A stretch of DNA of 64,000 nt from Escherichia phage PJNS034: the sequence record PP391266.1; one strand, written 5' to 3'. The notes under the pieces are model-generated. The model did not search any database. It saw only the letters and a list, made by a program, of their open reading frames with translations, and had not been told where the DNA came from. Positions 17,236-27,465 of this stretch are shown here, one piece after another. Position 1 is the stretch's first letter; each line of letters begins with the position of its first letter. The translations under genes and the position numbers were made by a program.

Positions 17236-18729
17236 TTATTTACGATGCGTTGGGTCGCCACCAACAAGGTCAGAAACTTTGTACCAGTTTCCATCTTCCA
17301 GTTTAACAGCACCTGCACCACGGTTGTAATCACGCACTTTACCAGCGTAACCAGCCATTTCCTGAACGACTTTCTCACCTTGGTTATCAGACATGTTACC
17401 AGACTGAGCAAGGTTATACAGACTCTGAACAGTCATGTCACGTAACCACTGTTTCTGTCGGATAGATTGCTGAGTATCACCACGACGAGGGAAGTAGATG
17501 TGACCGTAGTTCTTCCATTCAGCCAAGCCGATAGCAGAACCAGATTCAGGACGCAGAACACCAGCCAGATAACCCATTTCGTTATCACGAGCTTTGATGA
17601 TTTCTGGATACACCGCTTTGAGAGCCGCAGGAATCATTCCCGGTTTCCAGTCAGAGACTTCATCCATGTACATCGCTGGAAGCGTTGCAAGTGGGTAGTC
17701 TTTAACATCCTGAGCAACATCACCATAGCTTTCCATCCAACGGTTCTGAGAAGCCAGAGCACGGTCAGCACCGAACTGAGCTTTCGCTTGTTGTTCAGTT
17801 AAACCTTTCGCACCTTTAGCCTGAGCAGCAGCCAGCTTGTCTTGAGCCATTTGCAGCTTAGTAGCTGATGGAATTTCAGGAAGAACACCTTCGTGAACGT
17901 AGTTATTAATCTCCGCAGAGTTATAACCTTTGCCATAAAGTTCTTTGGCATCTTGTTCACGTTGACGCATACCTTCTGTACCAGCCCAAGCAGCACCAGC
18001 GGCAGCAAGAGCAAATGGAATACCTGCACCAGTAGCAATGAACCCACCAAAGGTTGCCAGAGTAGCAAGGCTAGATACCAGTTTGGCACCGAAACTTTCA
18101 CGCTGTACATCGGCATCTTTCCCGGTCAGTACACCCTCTTTTCCCGGAGCTTGTTGAGCCTTTTGTGCTTCTGCCATCTTAGCGTTAGCTAAATCTTTAG
18201 CAAATGCAGTTGAGTCTGCAACAGTCTGAGCAGCAGGGTCGTCTACAGCGGCACGTTCAGCATTAGCCTGAGCGGTACGAGTAGGGTCAGTCGGGGTCAG
18301 AGGCTTAGCACCAATTGGTGATGGAGTACCAACCTCAGCTTCTGCTGCTTCGAGAACACCTTTAGGTGCAATTCGAGTTGCAACACCACGCTGTAAATCA
18401 GTCAACCAGTCACCTGAGCCACTCTCACCATACTGCTTATTCAGATAGGCTTGTTCATCCGCTGGCATACCACCTTGTGCCTTGACAGCCATTTGCCCTT
18501 CTGGAGTAGCCAGTTGAGCTTGAGCAGCAGGAGATAACTTCCCACCACCAGTAGCAATCATCAATTTACGTTGACGTGCTTCTTCATCCTCACGAGCTTT
18601 CTTCTGCTTCTGCATTTCGAGGACAGTAGGGTCAGTAGAACGCTTCTCGTACTTCAATCCCGTTTCAGGGTCAGTTGGACTCCAATCAGGCATCCAACCT
18701 TTAATTGTATCGAGTACACCGCCAGCCAT
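17236..18729 (-). CDS. virion-module protein (497 aa), function unknown
   Basis: Ala/Gln-rich protein with hydrophobic Gly-rich segment (LATLATFGGFIATGAGIPFALAAAGAAWAG), between the 1610-aa protein and tail fibre genes. Confidence 0.4.
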   Translation of the reverse strand: MAGGVLDTIKGWMPDWSPTDPETGLKYEKRSTDPTVLEMQKQKKAREDEEARQRKLMIATGGGKLSPAAQAQLATPEGQMAVKAQGGMPADEQAYLNKQYGESGSGDWLTDLQRGVATRIAPKGVLEAAEAEVGTPSPIGAKPLTPTDPTRTAQANAERAAVDDPAAQTVADSTAFAKDLANAKMAEAQKAQQAPGKEGVLTGKDADVQRESFGAKLVSSLATLATFGGFIATGAGIPFALAAAGAAWAGTEGMRQREQDAKELYGKGYNSAEINNYVHEGVLPEIPSATKLQMAQDKLAAAQAKGAKGLTEQQAKAQFGADRALASQNRWMESYGDVAQDVKDYPLATLPAMYMDEVSDWKPGMIPAALKAVYPEIIKARDNEMGYLAGVLRPESGSAIGLAEWKNYGHIYFPRRGDTQQSIRQKQWLRDMTVQSLYNLAQSGNMSDNQGEKVVQEMAGYAGKVRDYNRGAGAVKLEDGNWYKVSDLVGGDPTHRK

Positions 18730-19055
18730 TACTGTAACTCCCGTGCAATGAACAACTGAACTTGACGTTTGGCTTCGTCAGGAGAAATGTTCGGGTTAGT
18801 CTCACGAAGACCTTCTGCGAATTGCTGAACCTTCTGCATAGCGTTCTGTAAATCAGGGTCGCTATTCATATAGTTCTCAAACTGAGAAGCCTTCTCTTGG
18901 GTATCAACGTGTCGGGATAAGGCACTTGGAGGTTCCATCATCCCTTCCATACCAGATACATTGGGACGGGAAGTTTGATAACCTGCGTTGCCTGAAGTGA
19001 TTTGTTGTTGACGAACACTTGCATTACCACGAATGCGGTCATAAATATCTGGCAT
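18729..19055 (-). CDS. hypothetical protein (108 aa)
   Basis: ORF-track ORF in virion module; stop overlaps next start. Confidence 0.3.
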   Translation of the reverse strand: MPDIYDRIRGNASVRQQQITSGNAGYQTSRPNVSGMEGMMEPPSALSRHVDTQEKASQFENYMNSDPDLQNAMQKVQQFAEGLRETNPNISPDEAKRQVQLFIARELQ

Positions 19056-19116
19056 GTTGCCTCCTTCTTTTTAGTTATTATATCCCAACGGATTTACAAA
19101 CTCAAAATTATATGGT

Positions 19117-19152
19117 ATTTTAAGCTTCTAGCGTCCGAAGGGAAATAATAGG
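19117..19152. repeat. conserved ~36-bp intergenic element, copy 1 (tattttaagcttctagcgtccgaagggaaataatagg)
   Basis: Near-identical to 33004..33039; lies between minus-strand genes, preceded in transcript sense by a hairpin. Confidence 0.6.
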
Positions 19153-19196
19153 TAATAATATAGAAGGGAGAGATGTTACTCCCTCCCAACATACTA

Positions 19197-20213
19197 TTAC
19201 TTAAATGAACCTGTAGCACCCATAGAGGTATTCGAGGTAGAGCCAGAGGTTTTGCCAGAGCCAGTGGTGGTTTTGTCCATCAGTGGGTTCATCTTATTCA
19301 GAATATCCATGATAGTGTTAATATCCGTCACACCTGCATCTTTCAACTGCTGACCGACTTGGTTCATGTAGCCAGTGTCCAGTTCCTTCTGACCTTGTTG
19401 CTGCTGGAGATTACCAGACAGTAACTGGTTGAGGATAGACTGCTGACCTGCACCACTGATACGGTCAAGCTGGCCTAACGCCGAAGTACCACCTGAGATG
19501 GAGCCTAACAGACCTTGCAGACGGTTTTGAACGTTCTGCTGGTTCATGTTCTGAGAGATACCAAGACCTTGCTGATACATCTGAGAAGTCAAGTCAGCTT
19601 TCTGCTGGTTCGCTTGGTTCAAGATGTTTTGAGCAACATTGGAACTCTGCTCCATAGCTCCACGAGCAGCCACACCTTGAGCGATAGCAGAACGACTAGA
19701 GCCAACGTTGCCTTCGCCAACACCCTGACGGTAGATTGAGGGCATTGTGTTTTCTTGGAGGTTACGCTGGATAAGGCGGTTTGCTTGCTCAACTGAGCTT
19801 TGTGCAGACTGGTCGATTGCATCAGTTTGGTTCTTGAGAAAGTCACTGTTGACCATATCAAGAGCGCCCTGAGTCAGCTTACCAGTGGTCTGGTCAAAAG
19901 CACCTTCACCCATTTGGTTCAGGCTATCAACTGTACCCCACAGCTTATCAATACCGCCCTGAGTTTGGTCAAGAACAGATTGTAAGTGACCTGACTGATT
20001 GAGACGTTGAAGCGCAGCAAGCTGTTCTTCATTCATGCTCTCAATCTGTTTCTCAGTATAGCCTTGTTCTTTTAGCTTGTTATAGACACCATTGGCATCA
20101 CCTTTAATGGCATCAATGACGTCTTTTGGCAAGCCGGTTTGAGAAGTAGAAGTCGAAGACGACTTGCTGCTGCTCTTACCTTTACTCTTACCGAAACTTA
20201 ATCCGAAACCCAT
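19197..20213 (-). CDS. virion-module protein (338 aa), Ser/Gln/Asn-rich
   Basis: ORF-track ORF; start overlaps tail fibre stop; low-complexity S/T-rich C-terminus. Confidence 0.35.
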   Translation of the reverse strand: MGFGLSFGKSKGKSSSKSSSTSTSQTGLPKDVIDAIKGDANGVYNKLKEQGYTEKQIESMNEEQLAALQRLNQSGHLQSVLDQTQGGIDKLWGTVDSLNQMGEGAFDQTTGKLTQGALDMVNSDFLKNQTDAIDQSAQSSVEQANRLIQRNLQENTMPSIYRQGVGEGNVGSSRSAIAQGVAARGAMEQSSNVAQNILNQANQQKADLTSQMYQQGLGISQNMNQQNVQNRLQGLLGSISGGTSALGQLDRISGAGQQSILNQLLSGNLQQQQGQKELDTGYMNQVGQQLKDAGVTDINTIMDILNKMNPLMDKTTTGSGKTSGSTSNTSMGATGSFK

Positions 20214-22483
20214 TATGGAGTCTCCTCGTTGTTGATAGGAGGAGCCTCCGTAGAGACTCCATTCATCTTGTCATTATACAACGCATCCAGCTTCATCTCA
20301 AGCACTTGGACTCGTTCGTCAATCAGCCCCTTCACATTACTCTGTAACAGCTCTAAGGTCGTCCTGAGTGTCTCATTGTCGGCTTTGAGTTGTCGGTTCT
20401 GAGCAGAAAGTTCCTTGATAGCCTCGATGTGCAAAGCATGTAGCTGGTTGTAATCTACAGTGTAATAGTCCTCTTCATCCTCTTCGTCATTTGGATTGTT
20501 CCCAACGAAGACGGCATTGTCATATACTCCAAGCAATTCCTGAGCAATAACGCCTGCACTTGGTACATCGGAACCGTTATACATGAACGTATAACCATTC
20601 AGCTTCTCTACAGTTTCCAAGGCATTATCAACCTTTGTAACACTGTGTTTGAGACGTTCATCCGAGGCATTAACAACCTGACCAGTAATCTGACCATTCA
20701 CAGATAACTTAGATTGGTTATTTGCCAGACCTGTATTACGCTCCAGATACATGCCGTAGGGAAGACCTTCCCAACCCCATTCCAGAACAGTCTCACGAGC
20801 ACCAGAGCCCCACAAACGAAGGTTAGCCTCACGACCAGCACCATTAATACGTTTCCAGTATTGAGTAGAGTTGTAGTAAGTTGCACCATTCAAATGCGTA
20901 GGACAACCAAAAGAGGTAGCACCGTCGGTCATATTGATAGTGATAGGACGATGCCCTGTCCAGCCTCCCCAGCCGCCATCTGTATGAGATAACAGGAAGT
21001 ACATGTTTGCACCATCCTGACGGAATATGAAACCTTTGTTACCGTAGACAGCTCGGAATGAGTCAGCATGGGTCGAAGCTACACCGTAATACACAAACTT
21101 GTTAGGGTCGAAGTAACCTTTAACTGCACTGTTTGACCAGAGGTTTACTGCACCATCTGCTCGGAAGCCAAAACCTGAGTCATTATCGCCAATAGCTAAC
21201 TGTAAGGTGTTGTTAGCTTTGCTCTCAAGTTGGATTCGATTCCCAACATTCACAATGTCCTTGATGTTTGCATTACCTGAAGATGTAATGCTACGGTTGC
21301 AGATGTAACTATCTGTAGAAGTCTTCAGGTCAACTAACAAGTTGGCATTGGTTGGAGTTGTTACAGGGCCGACAGGAAATACAGCAGCATTAGGGGCAGT
21401 TCCCAACGATACTTGAGCTTTATGCAGAATTGGTGGAGTCTGAGACTCAATGTGGTATACATTATCTCCACGGACATAAACTACAAAACCGTAAAAATCC
21501 CTGCTACCAGCGAAAATGCCACCAAGTGTACGTTCATTATAATCGTAGACTGACAAAACACCGGAAACTACTTGAGGTGTATCAGACCAACCAGATGCTT
21601 GTACAAAACCAATAAATGAGTTCTGGTTGAAGGGGTCAGTACCGCCACGAGCTGTAGATTTGATACTCAGTCGAGTAGAGTTCCAAGTTTGGTCAAGGTT
21701 AAACTGGATTGGATAGAACCAGTCTTTATTCAATCCACGGGTATCAATTACATACCGTTTACCAATGTCCTGAGAAGCAGCATTCAATTCATCAAGAGAA
21801 GGTTTACGGCCTGTATGGTACACATCTTGGTCACTGTAAGTAAGGCGCCCATCATCTTTTAGTTGAAGGTACTTATTGGTTGCACCATTCTTCAGATAAA
21901 TGTCACCAGAACCAACGCCAAGGTCAAGAACTTTATTACCAGTTAGTTGTAGGTTCCCACCCTTCGGGATGTACTTACTGTCAGATTCACCTTTGGTATA
22001 AACACTAATCTTAGCCGCATATCCATTATCTGACTGAGCTTTAGTGTAGTATCGACCATCAGCTTCTGCTTTTGAATAGTATTGTTTGAGAGCTACCTGT
22101 ACTCGTGATTCTAGGTCTTGAATCCCTTCCGCTTGCTTGTTGAAATATGCAATAGCTGCTGAGATACGTTTAGCAAAGTCAGCAATTGTTTCATTCAGTG
22201 TGTTGATAATTGCATACTCCGTATCAGTCACACTGTCTTTGTTGAAAGCGGTACGAAGTTCAATCTCTGTGTTGGAGTTGACAGTCTTAATCTCTGCCAT
22301 CATGACATTATCGTCAGCAATAGAAATCAACACCAAGTCACCCGGAGTGATTCCCATCTTATCATCAGCCCACAAGGTATTTTTACCAGTGATTAAGGCT
22401 GAACCTGCCTTGTACGTTACCGTACCAGTTTTATACCACATACTACCTCCGAGGGAAGAAAGGCTCCAGAAGGAGCCAGTCAA
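20213..22483 (-). CDS. tail fibre/spike with C-terminal intramolecular chaperone (peptidase S74-like) domain
   Basis: C-terminal segment SDERLK...LNGYTFMYNG...GVIAQEL matches the self-cleaving chaperone module of endosialidase and T5 L-shaped fibre as recalled. Confidence 0.7.
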   Translation of the reverse strand: MTGSFWSLSSLGGSMWYKTGTVTYKAGSALITGKNTLWADDKMGITPGDLVLISIADDNVMMAEIKTVNSNTEIELRTAFNKDSVTDTEYAIINTLNETIADFAKRISAAIAYFNKQAEGIQDLESRVQVALKQYYSKAEADGRYYTKAQSDNGYAAKISVYTKGESDSKYIPKGGNLQLTGNKVLDLGVGSGDIYLKNGATNKYLQLKDDGRLTYSDQDVYHTGRKPSLDELNAASQDIGKRYVIDTRGLNKDWFYPIQFNLDQTWNSTRLSIKSTARGGTDPFNQNSFIGFVQASGWSDTPQVVSGVLSVYDYNERTLGGIFAGSRDFYGFVVYVRGDNVYHIESQTPPILHKAQVSLGTAPNAAVFPVGPVTTPTNANLLVDLKTSTDSYICNRSITSSGNANIKDIVNVGNRIQLESKANNTLQLAIGDNDSGFGFRADGAVNLWSNSAVKGYFDPNKFVYYGVASTHADSFRAVYGNKGFIFRQDGANMYFLLSHTDGGWGGWTGHRPITINMTDGATSFGCPTHLNGATYYNSTQYWKRINGAGREANLRLWGSGARETVLEWGWEGLPYGMYLERNTGLANNQSKLSVNGQITGQVVNASDERLKHSVTKVDNALETVEKLNGYTFMYNGSDVPSAGVIAQELLGVYDNAVFVGNNPNDEEDEEDYYTVDYNQLHALHIEAIKELSAQNRQLKADNETLRTTLELLQSNVKGLIDERVQVLEMKLDALYNDKMNGVSTEAPPINNEETP

Positions 22484-22735
22484 TTACTGCAACTTGCTGG
22501 CTAAGTCGCCATACAGATTATTCAATTCCATCATCTGATTAGTCAGGTCGAAAATTTGATTAGAGGTTTCAATTTTAAATGAAACCAACTGAGAGTTAAG
22601 TTCATCCACTTCTTTCTGAAGCTTACGGTTATTCTCAGCATTACTCTCAATCAAATCACGAAGTTCTTGAAGACGGCTATCGTGAGAAGACAGGGAATTT
22701 TCGATACCTGACAAGCGAAGTTCTAGTTCAGTCAT
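22484..22735 (-). CDS. hypothetical coiled-coil protein (83 aa)
   Basis: ORF-track ORF; heptad-rich. Confidence 0.3.
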   Translation of the reverse strand: MTELELRLSGIENSLSSHDSRLQELRDLIESNAENNRKLQKEVDELNSQLVSFKIETSNQIFDLTNQMMELNNLYGDLASKLQ

Positions 22736-22764
22736 TATTCACCTCAATGTTGTTGATAAATTAA

Positions 22765-25647
22765 TTATAACGAAATTTGTACACGCAGTACACCGGCATT
22801 GTCGTAGAGTCGGATTGCATTATTAGAAATCTTCAGACCACGGTTTGCGGCAGTGTTATCTTGAATCAAGATATTACCATTTGACTCCACCTTCATTCGG
22901 TTTGAAATATTCAAAGTACCACCTGTGATGTTAGTACCATTGATATTACCTCCATTAATGTTAGAGCCAGTGATGGTTGCACCATTCAAGTTCTTAACAT
23001 TAATCTGCTGTGCTGCAAGGTTCACAATAGCAGCAGTATCGATGTAGGCAGTCTTGATTCGGACTGTACCATTGATAATCTCAAATGGATTGATGGAGTT
23101 CTTTGAGTCTCGGTTACGAACAATGAATCGGTCAGCATCAACCACAAATGCAGAGTTAGCACCACCGTTAATCAAGCCAAAACCAGCAGGTACACCAGCC
23201 ACATTTGAACGAACAGCCCAAAGAGCTTCGTGCTTGTTGTTAGCACTAGATGCAACACTTGAGACTTGCTGTAAGGTAGTTTTAGTACCATTCAGGTCAG
23301 TCTGTAAAGTGTTTGCCTGAGAGGTAAGTGCATTCGTCTTATCAGTCAGAGTTTTTACCTCGTTCGTGATTCGAGAAGTGTTTGCATTCACCTTAGCATC
23401 AACGGAAGATACACGAGATGCCATTGCGGTATCTTTGGCAGTCACCACCTTTTCCAGTGCGGCAATCTGAGCCTTAACAGAAGTGTTCACTGTTGACTCA
23501 AGGCTGTTCAGTCGAGAGGTTACGTTACCATCGAGAGTAGAAACAGATTTCTTCACATCGTTGATAGAACCTTCGGCTGTACCTAAACGAGTGCTCAGTC
23601 CAGATACCTGAGTAGCGGTTGCGTTGGCTTTATCTGCTGTTGCCTTAACATCAGTTGTCACTTGTGCAATAGTTTTGCTCTGTGAATCTAAATTAAGAGC
23701 ATTATTAACTCCCGCTTTAGAAGCAGAATCAACACTAGCAACAAGATTGTCAACCCGCTGTGCAAGAGAAGAAGTGGAATCAGCAACTGTCTTCTTGAGT
23801 GCTTGTACCGATGCGTCATTGTCATTTACCGTTGATTGCATCGCTTCTACTTGCTTTGAAATAGCCAAGATAGCAGTAGAACGAGCTTCGCTTTCCGCCT
23901 GAATCTTAGATTCGTTACCGGCAACACGAGAATCCATGCTGTCTACTTTCTTAACTGCTGCATCCATTTTGGTGGTTACAGTGCTTTCCAGTTCGGTAAC
24001 TTTAGCGATAGTCTCGCCAATACGAGATTCAGCCCCAGATACTTTCTCAGTCACAGCTTTCAGTGCATCAGCCTGAGTCTGAGTTTGTTCTTTGATTGCA
24101 GCCTCATTGTGGTTAGCTTTTGCCTCGACACCACTTAACTGAGTAGCCAGAGAACCCATAGCATCTGAGCGAGCTTTGCTTTCATCAGTAATTCGAGTAT
24201 TAGCTAACTGCACTTCTTTCTCAAAGCGTTCAGCCTGAGAGTTGATACGGTCTTCAATCTCTTGGAATTGAGTAGCGGTAAAGCCATCTAAACCAGTCAA
24301 TTGGTCACGATACATAGAAGTGGTAACGTTGATTTTACCATCCATTTCAGGACGACCCACATGCTCCATACCTTGACCAGCGGGGATAGTGTCATATCCC
24401 ATCAGGGCATAAGAACCACCTTCTGCAACTGAGTCGATGCCAATTTCCGTACCACCAAGAGCAATCAGAGATTCTTTCAGTTTTGGAAGGAACTCACCAG
24501 CATACTGATAAGTATAAACCATCTGTAAGTAATCACGATTGAAGGATGCTACACGGTCTTTGAAATCTTGAACCCATTTAGCATCATCACCATCATTGAA
24601 CGACCAGTTGTAAGCACCAGTACGTTCCTGAGTCTTACGATTGATAACGACTAAGTTAATACCGGGTTTTGCAGTTGACAGGACAGTTTCTTCACGCAGT
24701 TCACGTACACCAAAGAACTCAGGGGCAGCCGCTTCACGTGAGGATGAAGCCACTTCTTCGTGAGGAGCACCGGCAGTAGACATATTATATGTCTTCATGA
24801 ACTCAGTGCTGTTCATTGCCATCTCTCCAGCTTTCTTCGCCTCGACAAAGGCTTGGTTCGCTGTATCGTTGACGTTGGTGTACTTGGTTTCTAGATTATC
24901 AATCTTCTGAGCAGTTGATTCCTTGTCAGTAGTGATAGTCTGCTTCATCTGCTCAATGTCAGCTTTGTTGGTGTTGGACTGTGACTTAACACCTTCAATC
25001 TGAGTAGCTGTAGCTTTGTCCTGTTCAGTTACAACCTGTTGGAATGCAGCCAATTGAGCCAGAACCAAATCATCACCAGCTTTCACCTTCTCAGCGATAT
25101 CAGATGATAGCGCATCCTTAATCCCCTGAAGGGCTTCCCCATCTGCACCAATGTTATCCCATTTCTCTTGAGCCTCTGTTGCTGACTTATTCAGATTCGA
25201 AATCTGTTCAGACAGTTTGGTTTGAGACTCTTTAAGAGCTTCACGAGCTTCATTGGTTTCTTTCAGGAGTTGGTTAACGACTTCATCCTGAGCGTGGGAG
25301 ATATCTTCACGGAGAAACTCACTCAACTTCTTGGTAAGGGCATCTTCATCAGTAGAGATTGCATCAAGTTGCTTTTTAACTTCATCAACTTGCTTTCCAA
25401 TGTCACCAAGTTCTGTCCCATTCAGTTTGTTGATAGCCTCCCAAAGTTTCTTGATTTCTTCCTTGAGAGCTTCAATAGCAGCGGGGTCGCCTCCCGAAGA
25501 AGAGAGGCGCATCAGTTCATCAATAGCGATTTCGAGTTTGTCGAACTCAGCCATTACGTCTGCCACCGACTGAGTTAAGTCGTTAGCGGTAATAAAACCA
25601 CGACGATATGGTAACGCTACTTCTAAACGCTTATTAGTGGCAGCCAT
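22765..25647 (-). CDS. fibrous virion protein (960 aa), tail fibre/needle-like
   Basis: Long coiled-coil/low-complexity T/S/A-rich central region and C-terminal NINGGNINGTNITGG repeats. Confidence 0.45.
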   Translation of the reverse strand: MAATNKRLEVALPYRRGFITANDLTQSVADVMAEFDKLEIAIDELMRLSSSGGDPAAIEALKEEIKKLWEAINKLNGTELGDIGKQVDEVKKQLDAISTDEDALTKKLSEFLREDISHAQDEVVNQLLKETNEAREALKESQTKLSEQISNLNKSATEAQEKWDNIGADGEALQGIKDALSSDIAEKVKAGDDLVLAQLAAFQQVVTEQDKATATQIEGVKSQSNTNKADIEQMKQTITTDKESTAQKIDNLETKYTNVNDTANQAFVEAKKAGEMAMNSTEFMKTYNMSTAGAPHEEVASSSREAAAPEFFGVRELREETVLSTAKPGINLVVINRKTQERTGAYNWSFNDGDDAKWVQDFKDRVASFNRDYLQMVYTYQYAGEFLPKLKESLIALGGTEIGIDSVAEGGSYALMGYDTIPAGQGMEHVGRPEMDGKINVTTSMYRDQLTGLDGFTATQFQEIEDRINSQAERFEKEVQLANTRITDESKARSDAMGSLATQLSGVEAKANHNEAAIKEQTQTQADALKAVTEKVSGAESRIGETIAKVTELESTVTTKMDAAVKKVDSMDSRVAGNESKIQAESEARSTAILAISKQVEAMQSTVNDNDASVQALKKTVADSTSSLAQRVDNLVASVDSASKAGVNNALNLDSQSKTIAQVTTDVKATADKANATATQVSGLSTRLGTAEGSINDVKKSVSTLDGNVTSRLNSLESTVNTSVKAQIAALEKVVTAKDTAMASRVSSVDAKVNANTSRITNEVKTLTDKTNALTSQANTLQTDLNGTKTTLQQVSSVASSANNKHEALWAVRSNVAGVPAGFGLINGGANSAFVVDADRFIVRNRDSKNSINPFEIINGTVRIKTAYIDTAAIVNLAAQQINVKNLNGATITGSNINGGNINGTNITGGTLNISNRMKVESNGNILIQDNTAANRGLKISNNAIRLYDNAGVLRVQISL

Positions 25648-25650
25648 AAT

Positions 25651-27375
25651 TTATCGAACTCCTCCTGCGACAATATCTAAGTCGTAGCCTGTAAATGCCC
25701 AACGACCGATATTATCATCTGTGAATCGCATAGCGATGTATTTATTGTTGGTTCGGAATGAAGTTTGGTACTGCTGACCAATGGTAAACATTTGCTGTTC
25801 TTTCCAATTTGGTGCCGAGTTAGAGTCATTAACACCACCAACTTCGATACGAACTGAACCCTCACCAGTGAATTGAGGGTAGCATTTACGAACCTTCACA
25901 TTCCCCCAAGTCTGTAGGCCAACCTCGTCAAAGTCCAACTGACGACGTTCCATTCGTGCCAGAAGAGGCTTCTGAACACTTTGATAAACATCCTGAGTAA
26001 TTGGGATAATAGCACCTGAGTCGGGCTTGTTATATGCCTCTGTGAACTCGTCGTTATAGAATCGCTCACCAGTATCAATCTGGAATACTGTACCGAACTT
26101 GCCCATAGCAACAAAGTGTTGAGATGCAAAGTTCTGAGAAGTGATTTCCCACTGTTCAAGAGGGTCAACATTTGCCCAAGAGTGTTTCGGGTCGTTAACA
26201 TCCTGACCATCATAGTCTTCCCATTTACGGGTATCAACTGCCAGAGGTGCTACGAGGTTTACGTCTGTGTTATCTGGAAGGTCATAGAAAGTCCAAGTAT
26301 CGAACTCCCAATTCCATACAGCAGCACGGTTCGTAGTCCAGTCACCTTCGTTACGTAAGTCAGTACCGGGACGTGCATAACACACCCAAATCTCTTTCTT
26401 TGGATAAATGGTGAATACACGAGTTGCCAGTGGGTTAACAGAGGTAATCTCACGCATCAATCGTTCACGAATACGACCAGCAACAATAGACTTACGAGAA
26501 GAACCGTCATGAACGTATACGTCGTTGTTAGAGATTACGAAGTGCTTACCATCGAACTCTGCAACACATTGACGTCCAAGAATACCGGAACCAGAGAACA
26601 GCTTGGTGAAACGGAAGATAGAGTTACCACCGATGAACTGCATCTGGAAGGTATCTTCTGTAGTGTAGATGATGAATGAGTCACGCATAGGCAGACCATC
26701 AATAATCTCACCAGTTGCATCAGTCAGGTCGTTAAAACCAGCACTGTTAGTTGTAGAGCGGTCATCCCAATCTTGTGGAAGGTCGTTTACATCGGCAATG
26801 TCACTCCAGCGAATACGCTGTGGATACTCTTTACCATCCTCGAAGGTGTTCAGAGCAATCAGGAAGTTTTTGTATGAACGCATCAGATAGGTACGCCATT
26901 CCAACTTCACCTTCTTACCATCTGCACCAGTAACCATACCCCACTCAGGTAATGGCTGGAACTTCTCTTCTGTTGGACGAATGCCTTGAGGTTCATCACC
27001 AAGGTTGTTCATTACCAAGCAGTTTGACAAGGTTGTATAGTACCAAGTCTGAGAAGGACGAGCATTGTATCCATCGAGAGTAGAAGAAGCAATAATTACA
27101 TCTGTTGGAGATTTAATTTTGTAGAGATTCTTGGTTGTACCGATAATCCATGAAGAGTCTGTACGGGTATCACGAAGCCCTGCAATTGCCAGAGTTACTT
27201 CACCATCCTTAACCTTACGCTCCATTGCACGGGAGTTACCACCAAACTTCTCAACCTTAGAACCTTCAAAGCGAACGTTCTGAGCATCATTCCACGCATT
27301 AGGTGGAAGGTCATATGGAGGGATATCTGAGATAACTCCCACCTGACCAACATTTCGAACTTTATACGTTGGCAT
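25651..27375 (-). CDS. virion structural protein (574 aa), function unknown
   Basis: ORF-track ORF in structural block; no motif recognised. Confidence 0.35.
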   Translation of the reverse strand: MPTYKVRNVGQVGVISDIPPYDLPPNAWNDAQNVRFEGSKVEKFGGNSRAMERKVKDGEVTLAIAGLRDTRTDSSWIIGTTKNLYKIKSPTDVIIASSTLDGYNARPSQTWYYTTLSNCLVMNNLGDEPQGIRPTEEKFQPLPEWGMVTGADGKKVKLEWRTYLMRSYKNFLIALNTFEDGKEYPQRIRWSDIADVNDLPQDWDDRSTTNSAGFNDLTDATGEIIDGLPMRDSFIIYTTEDTFQMQFIGGNSIFRFTKLFSGSGILGRQCVAEFDGKHFVISNNDVYVHDGSSRKSIVAGRIRERLMREITSVNPLATRVFTIYPKKEIWVCYARPGTDLRNEGDWTTNRAAVWNWEFDTWTFYDLPDNTDVNLVAPLAVDTRKWEDYDGQDVNDPKHSWANVDPLEQWEITSQNFASQHFVAMGKFGTVFQIDTGERFYNDEFTEAYNKPDSGAIIPITQDVYQSVQKPLLARMERRQLDFDEVGLQTWGNVKVRKCYPQFTGEGSVRIEVGGVNDSNSAPNWKEQQMFTIGQQYQTSFRTNNKYIAMRFTDDNIGRWAFTGYDLDIVAGGVR

Positions 27376-27430
27376 CTAATAAATCCTTTGGGTTTGTGTC
27401 AAGTTTTATTTTAGCACATTTGCTGTCGTT

Positions 27431-27458
27431 GTATACAAGAAAACCCTCCGAAGAGGGT
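27431..27458 (-). terminator. Rho-independent terminator (minus strand) after 27466..28350
   Basis: Stem aaccctc/gagggtt, UUCG loop on minus-sense RNA, then uuuucuugu. Confidence 0.5.
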
Positions 27459-27465
27459 TAACTTA

